The translations under genes and the position numbers were made by a program. The notes beneath the pieces are model-generated. The model saw nothing but the letters and a program-made list of their open reading frames with translations, had not been told where the DNA came from and made no database searches. A stretch of DNA of 38,638 nt from assembly GCA_030037265.1 (NCBI GenBank), contig JASHRQ010000013.1, positions 1-38,638 on the forward strand. The letters run 5' to 3'. Source of the DNA: Thermoplasmata archaeon. GTDB taxonomy: Archaea; Thermoplasmatota; Thermoplasmata; Lutacidiplasmatales; UBA184. Shown in pieces: positions 31,722 to 38,638 of this stretch (its first letter is position 1; the number at the start of each line of letters is the position of its first letter).

Positions 31722-32726
31722 ATGACCGATCCCATCGTGGCCGAGCAGCTGACGAAGACGTACTCGAACGGCACGAAGGCGGTCCAGGGGATCTCGTTCA
31801 GCGTGCGGTCGGGGGAGGCGTTCGGCTTCCTCGGACCGAACGGCGCCGGCAAGACGACGACCGTGTCGATGCTGTCGGCGGGCCTCGCGCCGACCAGCGG
31901 GCGGGGGATGGTCGGGGGCCTCGACATCGCCCGGGACGCCTCGAAGATCAAGCGGCGCATCGGCATCGTGTTCCAGGAGTCGACGGCGGACGGGGACCTC
32001 ACCGGGCGGGAGAACCTCGAGGTGAGCGCCGCGCTGTACGGCCTGCCCCGGCGGGAGGCCCGACGCCGGACCGAGGAGCTCCTCCAGCGGATGGAGCTCG
32101 CCGAGGCGGCCGACCGGCTCGTGAAGACCTACTCCGGCGGCATGCGGCGGCGCCTCGAGCTGGGTGTCGGGATCGTCCACTCGCCGCCGATCCTGTTCCT
32201 GGACGAGCCGACGCTCGGCCTCGACCCGCAGGGGCGCGCGGGGTTCTGGCGGTACATCCGCGGGCTGAGGAGCGAGCACGGGCTCACCGTCTTCCTCACG
32301 ACGCACTACCTGGACGAAGCCGACCAGCTGTGCGACCGGATCGCGATCGTCGACCACGGCCAGATCGTCGCGACCGGCACGCCGGCCGAGCTCAAGGACA
32401 AGGTCGGCGGCGACGTCGTCACGATCCGCCCGGTCCCCGGGGCGGCGGACCCGAGCGCCGTGCTGCGCGCCCTCCCGGGCGCGCTGTCGGTCCAGCCCCA
32501 GGACGGTACGGTGCGACTCAAGTGCGAGAGCGGCGAGCGGATGGTGCCGCTCGCCGTCGAGGCGTGCGCGCGGGCCGGGGTCGGCGTCGCCGGCGTCTCC
32601 GTCCAGCGGCCGAGCCTGGACGAGGTGTTCCTCCAGTTCACCGGCCGCGAGTACCGCGAGGAGGAGGGGCCCACGGCGACCGACCGGGCCGTCCGGATCC
32701 AGCGCCTCCAGGAACGGAGGCGCTGA
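31722..32726 (+). CDS. ABC transporter ATP-binding protein (ABC-2/DrrA-like exporter subunit)
   Basis: Walker A GPNGAGKTT, signature YSGGMRRRLE, Walker B ILFLDEPTLGLD. A TATA-like ATCTATACC (31688-31696) lies 30 nt upstream of ATG 31722. Confidence 0.9.
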   Translation: MTDPIVAEQLTKTYSNGTKAVQGISFSVRSGEAFGFLGPNGAGKTTTVSMLSAGLAPTSGRGMVGGLDIARDASKIKRRIGIVFQESTADGDLTGRENLEVSAALYGLPRREARRRTEELLQRMELAEAADRLVKTYSGGMRRRLELGVGIVHSPPILFLDEPTLGLDPQGRAGFWRYIRGLRSEHGLTVFLTTHYLDEADQLCDRIAIVDHGQIVATGTPAELKDKVGGDVVTIRPVPGAADPSAVLRALPGALSVQPQDGTVRLKCESGERMVPLAVEACARAGVGVAGVSVQRPSLDEVFLQFTGREYREEEGPTATDRAVRIQRLQERRR

Positions 32727-33577
32727 TGCTGCGCGAGCTGGCCGCCCTCACCCGGCGGGAGCTGCTGCGCATCGCCCGGAACCCCGCGGCGATCTTCACC
32801 GGCTTGCTCATCCCGATCCTGTACCTTCTCCTGTTCGGCCAGGGGTTCAACCTGAGCTCCCTGAGCGGGCTCAGCGGCGGGGCCGGCGGCGCGGAGGCCT
32901 CGCTGGCGCTCCGGGAGGCGCTCCTCGGAGCGCCCAGCTACTTCTCGTACTTCGCCGTCGGCATGGTCGGCTTCGTCGCCGTGACGGCCACGCTGTTCAC
33001 CGGCGCGAACGTGATCTTCGACAAGCTGTTCGGGATCTTCAAGCGGATCGCCGGCTCGCCCGCCCCGTCCTCGGCGGTGTTCGGGTCGCGCCTCCTCGCG
33101 GGCGCCGCGCAGCCGATCCTGCTGGCGCTGTTCGTGCTCGGGATGGCCGTCGGGCTCGCGCACATCCGCGGGCTGAACGGGCTGATCGTGACGGCGCACG
33201 TGACGGTGCTGGGGGCGCTCGAGATCCTGCTCGCGATCGCGCTCCTGTCGTTCATGTTCACCTCGCTGTTCCTGTCGATGGGATTCATCCTCGAGCAGCC
33301 GCAGACGTACTTCGCCGCCGTGAACGCGCTGAACCTCCCGGTGCTGTTCACCTCCGACGCGCTCTACCCGTGGGGCACGATGCCGCTCTGGCTCCGGAAC
33401 ATCGCGACCTTCAACCCGGTCACGCTGGCGGTCAACACGATGCGCGAGAACCTGTTCCCGCGCTCCGCGTACCCGTTCCCGCCCGAGGTGTACCTCGCGG
33501 GGCTCGCCGCCTGGACGGCGTTCATGTTCGGCGTCGCGATCCTCCTCGTCCGCCGCACGCTCGGCCCGCGCGAGTGA
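32726..33577 (+). CDS. ABC-2 type transporter permease
   Basis: MLRELAALTRRELLRIARNPAAIFTGLLIPILYLLLFG... and six hydrophobic segments. TGATG overlap with the ATPase gene. Confidence 0.8.
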   Translation: MLRELAALTRRELLRIARNPAAIFTGLLIPILYLLLFGQGFNLSSLSGLSGGAGGAEASLALREALLGAPSYFSYFAVGMVGFVAVTATLFTGANVIFDKLFGIFKRIAGSPAPSSAVFGSRLLAGAAQPILLALFVLGMAVGLAHIRGLNGLIVTAHVTVLGALEILLAIALLSFMFTSLFLSMGFILEQPQTYFAAVNALNLPVLFTSDALYPWGTMPLWLRNIATFNPVTLAVNTMRENLFPRSAYPFPPEVYLAGLAAWTAFMFGVAILLVRRTLGPRE

Positions 33578-33603
33578 GCCGGGGGCCCGGCGACGGAGGA
33601 CCC

Positions 33604-34284
33604 GTGATTCGGCCCGCGCGCGGTCCGCCCACGGTGCGGACGGACGAGCCGAGCGCCCGGGCGGTCGCGCGCCGCCTTGCCCGCGCGGACCCGGTGCTGG
33701 CCCGCGTCATCCGGTCCACGGGCGTCGTCCCGCTGCCGCGGAACGCGGGCGGGTTCCGCCACCTCGCCGAGGCGATCCTGTACCAGCAGATCTCCGGCGC
33801 CGCCGGCGACGCGATCGTACGCCGCCTCGAGGCGGTCGACGGGACAGGCCGGTTCCCCACCGCGGACTGGTTCTGCACCGCGGACCGCGCGACGCTGCGC
33901 CGGGCCGGGGTCTCCCCCCAGAAGGTGGGCTACCTCCAGGACCTCGCCCGTCGCGTCGTCGACGGCCGGCTCGACCTCCGCCGGCTCCGGGGCGCGTCGG
34001 ACGCCGCCGTGTCGGAGGCGCTCACCGCCGTCCACGGCATCGGGGGGTGGACCGCGCAGATGTACCTCCTCTTCTCGCTCCATCGTCCCGACGTCCTACC
34101 GTCCGGCGACCTGGGCGTGCGGAAGGCGGTCCAGCGGGCGTGGGGGTTCCGGACGCTGCCGGCCCCGCGCACCATCGACCGGCTCGGGCGGCGGTGGGCA
34201 CCGTACCGCTCCTACGCGACGCACTACCTCTGGCGGAGCCTTGCGAATCGCCCACCGCTCGCCGCGGAGCCTTCCCGGCGATGA
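33604..34284 (+). CDS. alkA: DNA-3-methyladenine glycosylase II, HhH-GPD superfamily (AlkA-like)
   Basis: ILYQQISGAAGDAI...LTAVHGIGGWTAQMYLLF...PSGDLGVRKA (HhH-GPD motif plus catalytic Asp context). GTG start preceded by GGAGGA. Confidence 0.8.
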   Translation: MIRPARGPPTVRTDEPSARAVARRLARADPVLARVIRSTGVVPLPRNAGGFRHLAEAILYQQISGAAGDAIVRRLEAVDGTGRFPTADWFCTADRATLRRAGVSPQKVGYLQDLARRVVDGRLDLRRLRGASDAAVSEALTAVHGIGGWTAQMYLLFSLHRPDVLPSGDLGVRKAVQRAWGFRTLPAPRTIDRLGRRWAPYRSYATHYLWRSLANRPPLAAEPSRR

Positions 34285-34324
34285 CGCGGACCCCCGCCAC
34301 GGGCCGGCCGCCGCCGGACCCGGG

Positions 34325-34342
34325 CACCGCTTAATAGCGGTG
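34325..34342. promoter_or_regulatory. Hairpin / inverted repeat CACCGCT-TAAT-AGCGGTG containing the only A/T patch between alkA and the MoxR module
   Basis: Perfect 7-bp arms, 41 nt after the alkA stop and 42 nt before GTG 34384. It could be a terminator, or a TATA box embedded in an operator. Confidence 0.35.
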
Positions 34343-34383
34343 GACCCCTGCGCCGCTGCCCCTCGGGGGATCCGGCGGTCGCC

Positions 34384-34854
34384 GTGTCGTCGCCCGCGTA
34401 CCCGGCATCGGACCCGCCCGGACCGGCGACGCCCGCGCCGGAGGCCGAGGTCGTCCGTGAGGTGGAGCGCCTCGCGTCGACCGGCCACCGCCGCGAGGCG
34501 ATCGTCGTGGCGTTCGAGACCGCGTACCGCGACTTCGAGCTCACGTTCGGCCTCGAGGTGCCGCCCGACTGGACGTACGCCGACGTCTTCGCCCATGCGG
34601 TCCGGACCGACATGGGATACGCCCCCGTGCTCCTCGCGAGGCTGTACGCGCTCTACGCGCCGGCACGGTACGGCCGGCCCGAGGACGACGTCGACGGCGA
34701 CCCGGTGCCGCTCCTGCGCGCGTTCTACGCGGAGCCCCCCCTCCAGCCCCGCGGGTCTGCCACGGCGACGGTGCTGCCGTACGCGGACCGGAACCGGGGG
34801 CGACCGGTGCTGGTCCCGAGCCAGCGGCCCCCGCGGGCGGGGGCCGCGCCGTGA
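34384..34854 (+). CDS. DUF4129-like protein (MoxR-module accessory)
   Basis: ...AFETAYRDFELTFGLEVPPDWTYADVFAHAV....LARLYALYAPARYGRPED follows the DUF4129 pattern as I recall it (T-x-x-E/D ... Y-x-x-A-R-Y-G). Gene context fits. Start uncertain. Confidence 0.5.
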   Translation: MSSPAYPASDPPGPATPAPEAEVVREVERLASTGHRREAIVVAFETAYRDFELTFGLEVPPDWTYADVFAHAVRTDMGYAPVLLARLYALYAPARYGRPEDDVDGDPVPLLRAFYAEPPLQPRGSATATVLPYADRNRGRPVLVPSQRPPRAGAAP

Positions 34855-35387
34855 GCGCGGTCGCCGCGCTCCTCTCGGCGCTCCTCAACCCGGCGCTCGG
34901 CCTCCCGCTCCTCGTGCTCGCCGTCGCGGTCGGCGTCTGGGTCGCCCGACAGCCGTGGCCGCTCCCTCCGCGGCTGGGGCCGTACAGCCTGCTCCGCCCG
35001 TGGCTGTTCGACTCGGTCCGCATCGCCCGGGACGCCGCCGCGAAGGACGAGATCGCGCCCCTCGTGCACACGACCTATCATCGCCTGTCCTCCGAGTTCC
35101 GGTCCCAGTACGGCCGGGAGCTCTCGACGCTGTTCGGCCTCCACCGGTGGCGCGGGGCGGACGGGGTGTCGGACCTCGCGCAGCTTCGGTTCGCGGTCCG
35201 CCGGCTCGAGGCCGCGTACCGGTACGCCCGCTCGGCCGAAGCCCCGGTGGAGAAGGACTGGTACTGGCGCTGGCGGTCCCCCACCTGGAATCGGCTCGCC
35301 CGCGAGCGGTACTCGTCGGCGCTCGACGCCCTCGACCCCATCTGGCCGACGTTCGGGCCCATGGGTCCGGAGGAGAGGGTCGCATGA
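34851..35387 (+). CDS. Hypothetical protein with an N-terminal TM helix
   Basis: GTGA overlap with the upstream gene and ATGA overlap with moxR. W/R/Y-rich soluble part. No family recognised. Confidence 0.5.
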   Translation: MSAVAALLSALLNPALGLPLLVLAVAVGVWVARQPWPLPPRLGPYSLLRPWLFDSVRIARDAAAKDEIAPLVHTTYHRLSSEFRSQYGRELSTLFGLHRWRGADGVSDLAQLRFAVRRLEAAYRYARSAEAPVEKDWYWRWRSPTWNRLARERYSSALDALDPIWPTFGPMGPEERVA

Positions 35388-36451
35388 CGGGGCCGGAGGC
35401 GGCCCCGGGCGCGGCCCCGACGACGGTCGGGACGCCCGCGACCGGCGGCGGGCCGGACGGCGCCAGCCCCGAACGGATCCTGGAGCGGCTCCGGTCGGCG
35501 ATCGGGTCGGTGGTCATCGGCTACGACGAGACGATCCGGCTCCTCGGGATCGCGCTCGCCACGGAGGGACACGTGCTCCTCGAGGGGGTGCCGGGGCTCG
35601 CGAAGACGTTCCTCGTCCGGTCGTTCGCGCGCACCCTCGACCTGTCGTTCCGCCGGATCCAGTTCACCCCGGACATGCTGCCGTCCGACGTGCTGGGCAC
35701 GGTGGTGCTGAACCCCAAGGAGCAGCAGTTCGAGTTCCGGCCGGGTCCGGTGTTCTCCCAGGTGGTGCTCGCCGACGAGATCAACCGGGCCCCGCCGAAG
35801 GTGCAGTCGGCCTTCCTCGAGGCGATGCAGGAGCGGCAGGTGACGATGGACGGCCGCACCTACCCGCTCCCCCGCCCGTTCCTGGTCATCGCCACCGAGA
35901 ACCCGATCGAGCAGGAGGGGACGTACCCGCTCCCGGAGGCGGAGCTCGACCGGTTCCTGTTCCGCGAGATCCTCGCCTACCCGACCGCCGAGGCGGAGCG
36001 GACGATCCTCCGGTCGCGCGTCGGCGCGGAGCCGGAGGCCCCGGTGGGGATCGTCTCGCCGGACGAGGCGACGGCGCTCCGGCGGCTGCAGGCCGAGCAG
36101 TACGTCTGCGAGGACCTGGTCGAGTACATCGCGGCGGTCGTCCGCGGGAGCCGGGCGCACCCGGAGGTCGCAATCGGCGCCTCCCCCCGCGCCGGCATCC
36201 ACCTCCTCCACGCGGCGCAGGCCGCGGCGCTGTTCGCCGGCCGGCACTACGTGGCGCCGGAGGACGTGCGGGACCTGGTGTTCCCGCTCCTGAACCACCG
36301 GCTCCTGCTCCGGCCCGGCGCCCTCGCCCGGGAATCGTCGCGCTCGGGCGACGGGGGCTCGCTCGCGCGGATGCGACGGGTGGTCGCGGAGACGGTGGCC
36401 CGGGTCGAGGTGCCCCGCTCGGCGCGGGCCGAGACGTGGGGTCGCCCCTGA
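35384..36451 (+). CDS. moxR: MoxR-family AAA+ ATPase
   Basis: Walker A GVPGLAKT, Walker B VVLADEINRAPPKVQSAFLEAMQE, and ATENPIEQEGTYPLPEAELDRF. Confidence 0.9.
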   Translation: MTGPEAAPGAAPTTVGTPATGGGPDGASPERILERLRSAIGSVVIGYDETIRLLGIALATEGHVLLEGVPGLAKTFLVRSFARTLDLSFRRIQFTPDMLPSDVLGTVVLNPKEQQFEFRPGPVFSQVVLADEINRAPPKVQSAFLEAMQERQVTMDGRTYPLPRPFLVIATENPIEQEGTYPLPEAELDRFLFREILAYPTAEAERTILRSRVGAEPEAPVGIVSPDEATALRRLQAEQYVCEDLVEYIAAVVRGSRAHPEVAIGASPRAGIHLLHAAQAAALFAGRHYVAPEDVRDLVFPLLNHRLLLRPGALARESSRSGDGGSLARMRRVVAETVARVEVPRSARAETWGRP

Positions 36452-37782
36452 TGCGCTCCTGGCCGGTGCTGACCCCGCGCGGGTGGGGTGCGGTCGGCGG
36501 GGGGCTGGGCGCCCTCGCGGTCGCGCTGGCCGCGTTCAACCTGCTGCTCCTCGTCGTCGGCACGGCGCTCTCGCTGTTCGTGCTCGCCGAGCTCGTGCTG
36601 TTCGGCCTCTCCACCCGGGGATTCGCCCCCGCGCGGTTCGTCGCGCAGCGGTTCGAGAACTCCGCCGAGGTGACCGTCGGCGCCGTCGGCTCGATGGGGC
36701 TCCGCCTCGAGTACCACGGACCGCACGGCTTCTACGCCGAGATCTTCGACAGCCACCCGGAGGACGTCGAGGTCCTGCGGGGGTCGCCGCGGCTCGTCAC
36801 CTGGTGCACGCCGGGCGAGGAGCTCCGGCTCGTCTACGCCTACCGCGCCCGGCGGCGGGGCCGGTTCACGCTCGGCCCCACGGTCGTCACCGCCCACGAC
36901 GCCTTCGGCTTCGCCTTCCGGGTCGCCTCCGTCGAGAATCCCTGGCCGCTCGACGCGGCGATCGAGGTGCCGACGATCCCGTCCGGACCGGCGTCGTTCG
37001 CGACCGAGCGGCCGGTGGCCGGCCCGAGCGTGGTCGCGCGCCGCGGGATGGGGGTGGACTTCCGGTCGCTCCGGGAGTACCAGCCGGAGGACGACATCCG
37101 CACCGTCGCGTGGAAGCGGTCGGCGCGGGGGAAGCTGTACGTGCGGGAGTTCGAGGAGGAGCTCCCGCGGGAGACCGTCGCGGTCCTCGACGTCGGCCGC
37201 CGGATGGGGGCCGGTCCGGTCGCCGCCTCGGCGCTCGACCGGGCGGTCGAGGCCGCGGCGATCGCCCTCCGGTACGCCGCGGTCCGCGCGGAGCACGCGG
37301 GCCTCCTCCTGTTCTCCGACCGCCCGGTGCTGTACGTCCCTCCGGGCCTCGGCTCGGACACGTTCGACGCGATCCGGCGGGGGCTCACCTTCGCCGCGCC
37401 GGCCTCGGTGCCGTTCGATGCCCGGGCCGCGTTCGAGTTCCTCACCCAGCGCCTGACCCGCCCGGCGCACCTGCTCGTGTTCGCGGCCCCGGCGCAGTGG
37501 AGCGGCGCGGACGACGAAGCGTTCCGAGCGCTCGGCCGGGCCGGCCACCCGGCGTACGTCTTCTCGCCCGACCTGCCGGAGATGTATCCGGCCCCCGCGG
37601 GGGAGCTCGCGACCCGCGGGGCGGCGGTCGTGGTCGCCCCGGAGCGGGGGCGGCTCGAGGCGACCTGGAACGCGATCGCGGAGACCGGCCGGCCGGTGTT
37701 CGTCTACGACCGCGCGGGCGCGCGGGAGCTCATGACCGACCTGTACTCGCGGGCGCGCGCGTACCGGGGCGTGCCGTCATGA
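36451..37782 (+). CDS. DUF58 domain protein (vWA-like partner of MoxR)
   Basis: DFRSLREYQPEDDIRTVAWKRSARGKLYVREFEEE is the DUF58 hallmark. Two N-terminal TM helices. TGATG overlap with moxR. Confidence 0.85.
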   Translation: MRSWPVLTPRGWGAVGGGLGALAVALAAFNLLLLVVGTALSLFVLAELVLFGLSTRGFAPARFVAQRFENSAEVTVGAVGSMGLRLEYHGPHGFYAEIFDSHPEDVEVLRGSPRLVTWCTPGEELRLVYAYRARRRGRFTLGPTVVTAHDAFGFAFRVASVENPWPLDAAIEVPTIPSGPASFATERPVAGPSVVARRGMGVDFRSLREYQPEDDIRTVAWKRSARGKLYVREFEEELPRETVAVLDVGRRMGAGPVAASALDRAVEAAAIALRYAAVRAEHAGLLLFSDRPVLYVPPGLGSDTFDAIRRGLTFAAPASVPFDARAAFEFLTQRLTRPAHLLVFAAPAQWSGADDEAFRALGRAGHPAYVFSPDLPEMYPAPAGELATRGAAVVVAPERGRLEATWNAIAETGRPVFVYDRAGARELMTDLYSRARAYRGVPS

Positions 37783-38638
37783 GGGAACCGATCCTCGCGG
37801 CGCTGTTCGCCTTCCCGGTGGCGATCTACGTCGGGGTCGTCACGCTCGCCTCGGTCGCCGGGGGGAATCCGGTCTTCCTGGGCACGTTCGCCCTCACGTT
37901 CGCCCTGTCCGTCGCGACGGTCGTCCAGCGCGGACGCGTCCGCTCGACGGCCACGACGGCGCTGATCGCCGTCGGGCTCGCCTCGGCGGGGGCGCTCGTG
38001 CTGGGCGTGGGCGGGGTCGACCTGTACGCGGGCCTCCTCGTGGCGGTGCCCGGGCTGCTCGTCGCCTACGCCGTCCAGCCGGACCTGCCGGTCGGTTGGC
38101 GGATCTTCGCGCTCGCGCTCGCGCTCGGCACGGGGCTCGCGCTGCTCGCCACCCGCGCCGCGCTCCTCGCCGCGGACCTGCCCGCGACCGGCCCGAACTT
38201 CCTGGGGACGTTCGGCACGGTCGTCTACGCCCAGGCGTCCGGCCTGTACGCGCTCCTCCAGGGGACCGCGGCGTCGCTGCCGCTCCGCGACCTGTACGAC
38301 CCCGCGTTCATCCTCCTGGGCGCGGTCGCCGCCGTCGGGGTGTTCGTGCCGGTCCTCCGCCCCACCACGGCGTGGGACGAGCCGCTCCCGACGGACCTCG
38401 AGCGCGCCCGGTGGAGCCCCGACGCGGGGGAGGAGGGCGCCGCGGAGCTCGGCCCGTCGCTCGCGTCGGCGCTCGAGCACCGGTCGATCCCGGAGTCCCC
38501 GGCGGGGGGGCTGCCGCCCGGGGTGGTCGCGCTCGCCGTGGCCACCGTGGCGGCCGGGCTGGTGGTCGCGCTCGAGTTCGAGCTCCCCCAGTGGACGCTG
38601 ATCGCGGTCGCGGCCGGCGTGATGGCGGCGCTCCTCGC
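37779..38638 (+). CDS. Polytopic membrane protein, 3'-partial (runs off the window); possibly the transglutaminase-like membrane partner of MoxR/DUF58 modules
   Basis: ATGA overlap with the DUF58 stop. My manual translation is open to the window end (MREPILAALFAFPVAIYVGVVTLASV...). It is absent from the ORF track because no stop codon falls inside the window. Confidence 0.6.
   Translation, partial: MREPILAALFAFPVAIYVGVVTLASVAGGNPVFLGTFALTFALSVATVVQRGRVRSTATTALIAVGLASAGALVLGVGGVDLYAGLLVAVPGLLVAYAVQPDLPVGWRIFALALALGTGLALLATRAALLAADLPATGPNFLGTFGTVVYAQASGLYALLQGTAASLPLRDLYDPAFILLGAVAAVGVFVPVLRPTTAWDEPLPTDLERARWSPDAGEEGAAELGPSLASALEHRSIPESPAGGLPPGVVALAVATVAAGLVVALEFELPQWTLIAVAAGVMAALL

Noticed and set aside
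1-38638. A search for CRISPR arrays, rRNA genes, IS elements, transposases, integrases, and RNase P or riboswitch signatures (fluoride, TPP)
   Set aside because: I found no regularly spaced direct repeats, no rRNA-like conserved strings, no DDE/tyrosine-recombinase-like ORFs, and none of the conserved riboswitch or RNase P core motifs by eye. A covariance-model scan would be needed for certainty.

Overview
Very GC-rich window (third codon positions are almost always G/C). It looks archaeal: an archaeal/eukaryotic-type GluRS, Tsr3, a thermopsin-family domain, short A/T-rich TATA-like boxes about 25-35 nt upstream of most start codons (largely leaderless genes), and tRNA genes carrying insertions of the bulge-helix-bulge intron kind. 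I call about 38 protein-coding genes, mostly housekeeping or transport: a 5'-partial GluRS, a VOC/glyoxalase, two MFS transporters, a CDF transporter, a Bcp peroxiredoxin, a class I aldolase, Tsr3, a PPP phosphatase, an anion-type ABC system with a duplicated permease, a CocE/NonD hydrolase, a proline iminopeptidase, an MMPL/RND exporter, RNase HI, an ABC-2 exporter, AlkA, and a DUF4129-MoxR-DUF58 module. There are three tRNA genes. tRNA-Ala(CGC) is ordinary. The tandem tRNA-Leu(UAG) and tRNA-Gln(CUG) on the minus strand are interrupted at non-canonical positions: Leu in both the D-loop and the T-loop, Gln in the T-loop. This is the most unusual signal I can support directly from the sequence. 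Other points of interest: a 1.4k-aa surface glycoprotein fusing a thermopsin (A5) domain, a beta-helix region and three tandem C-terminal modules; a small accessory islet (14.4-18.3 kb) with an AbiEi/AbiEii pair, a frameshifted Cys-phosphatase coupled to an orphan ORF, the only strongly AT-rich patch in the window, and a 550-nt non-coding gap; a 516-aa orphan protein; and two tiny coupled ORFs. I saw no CRISPR array, rRNA, transposase or integrase. Most long ORFs in the supplied track that lie antisense to or overlap the genes called here are Arg/Pro/Gly-rich shadow ORFs typical of high-GC DNA, and I do not call them.
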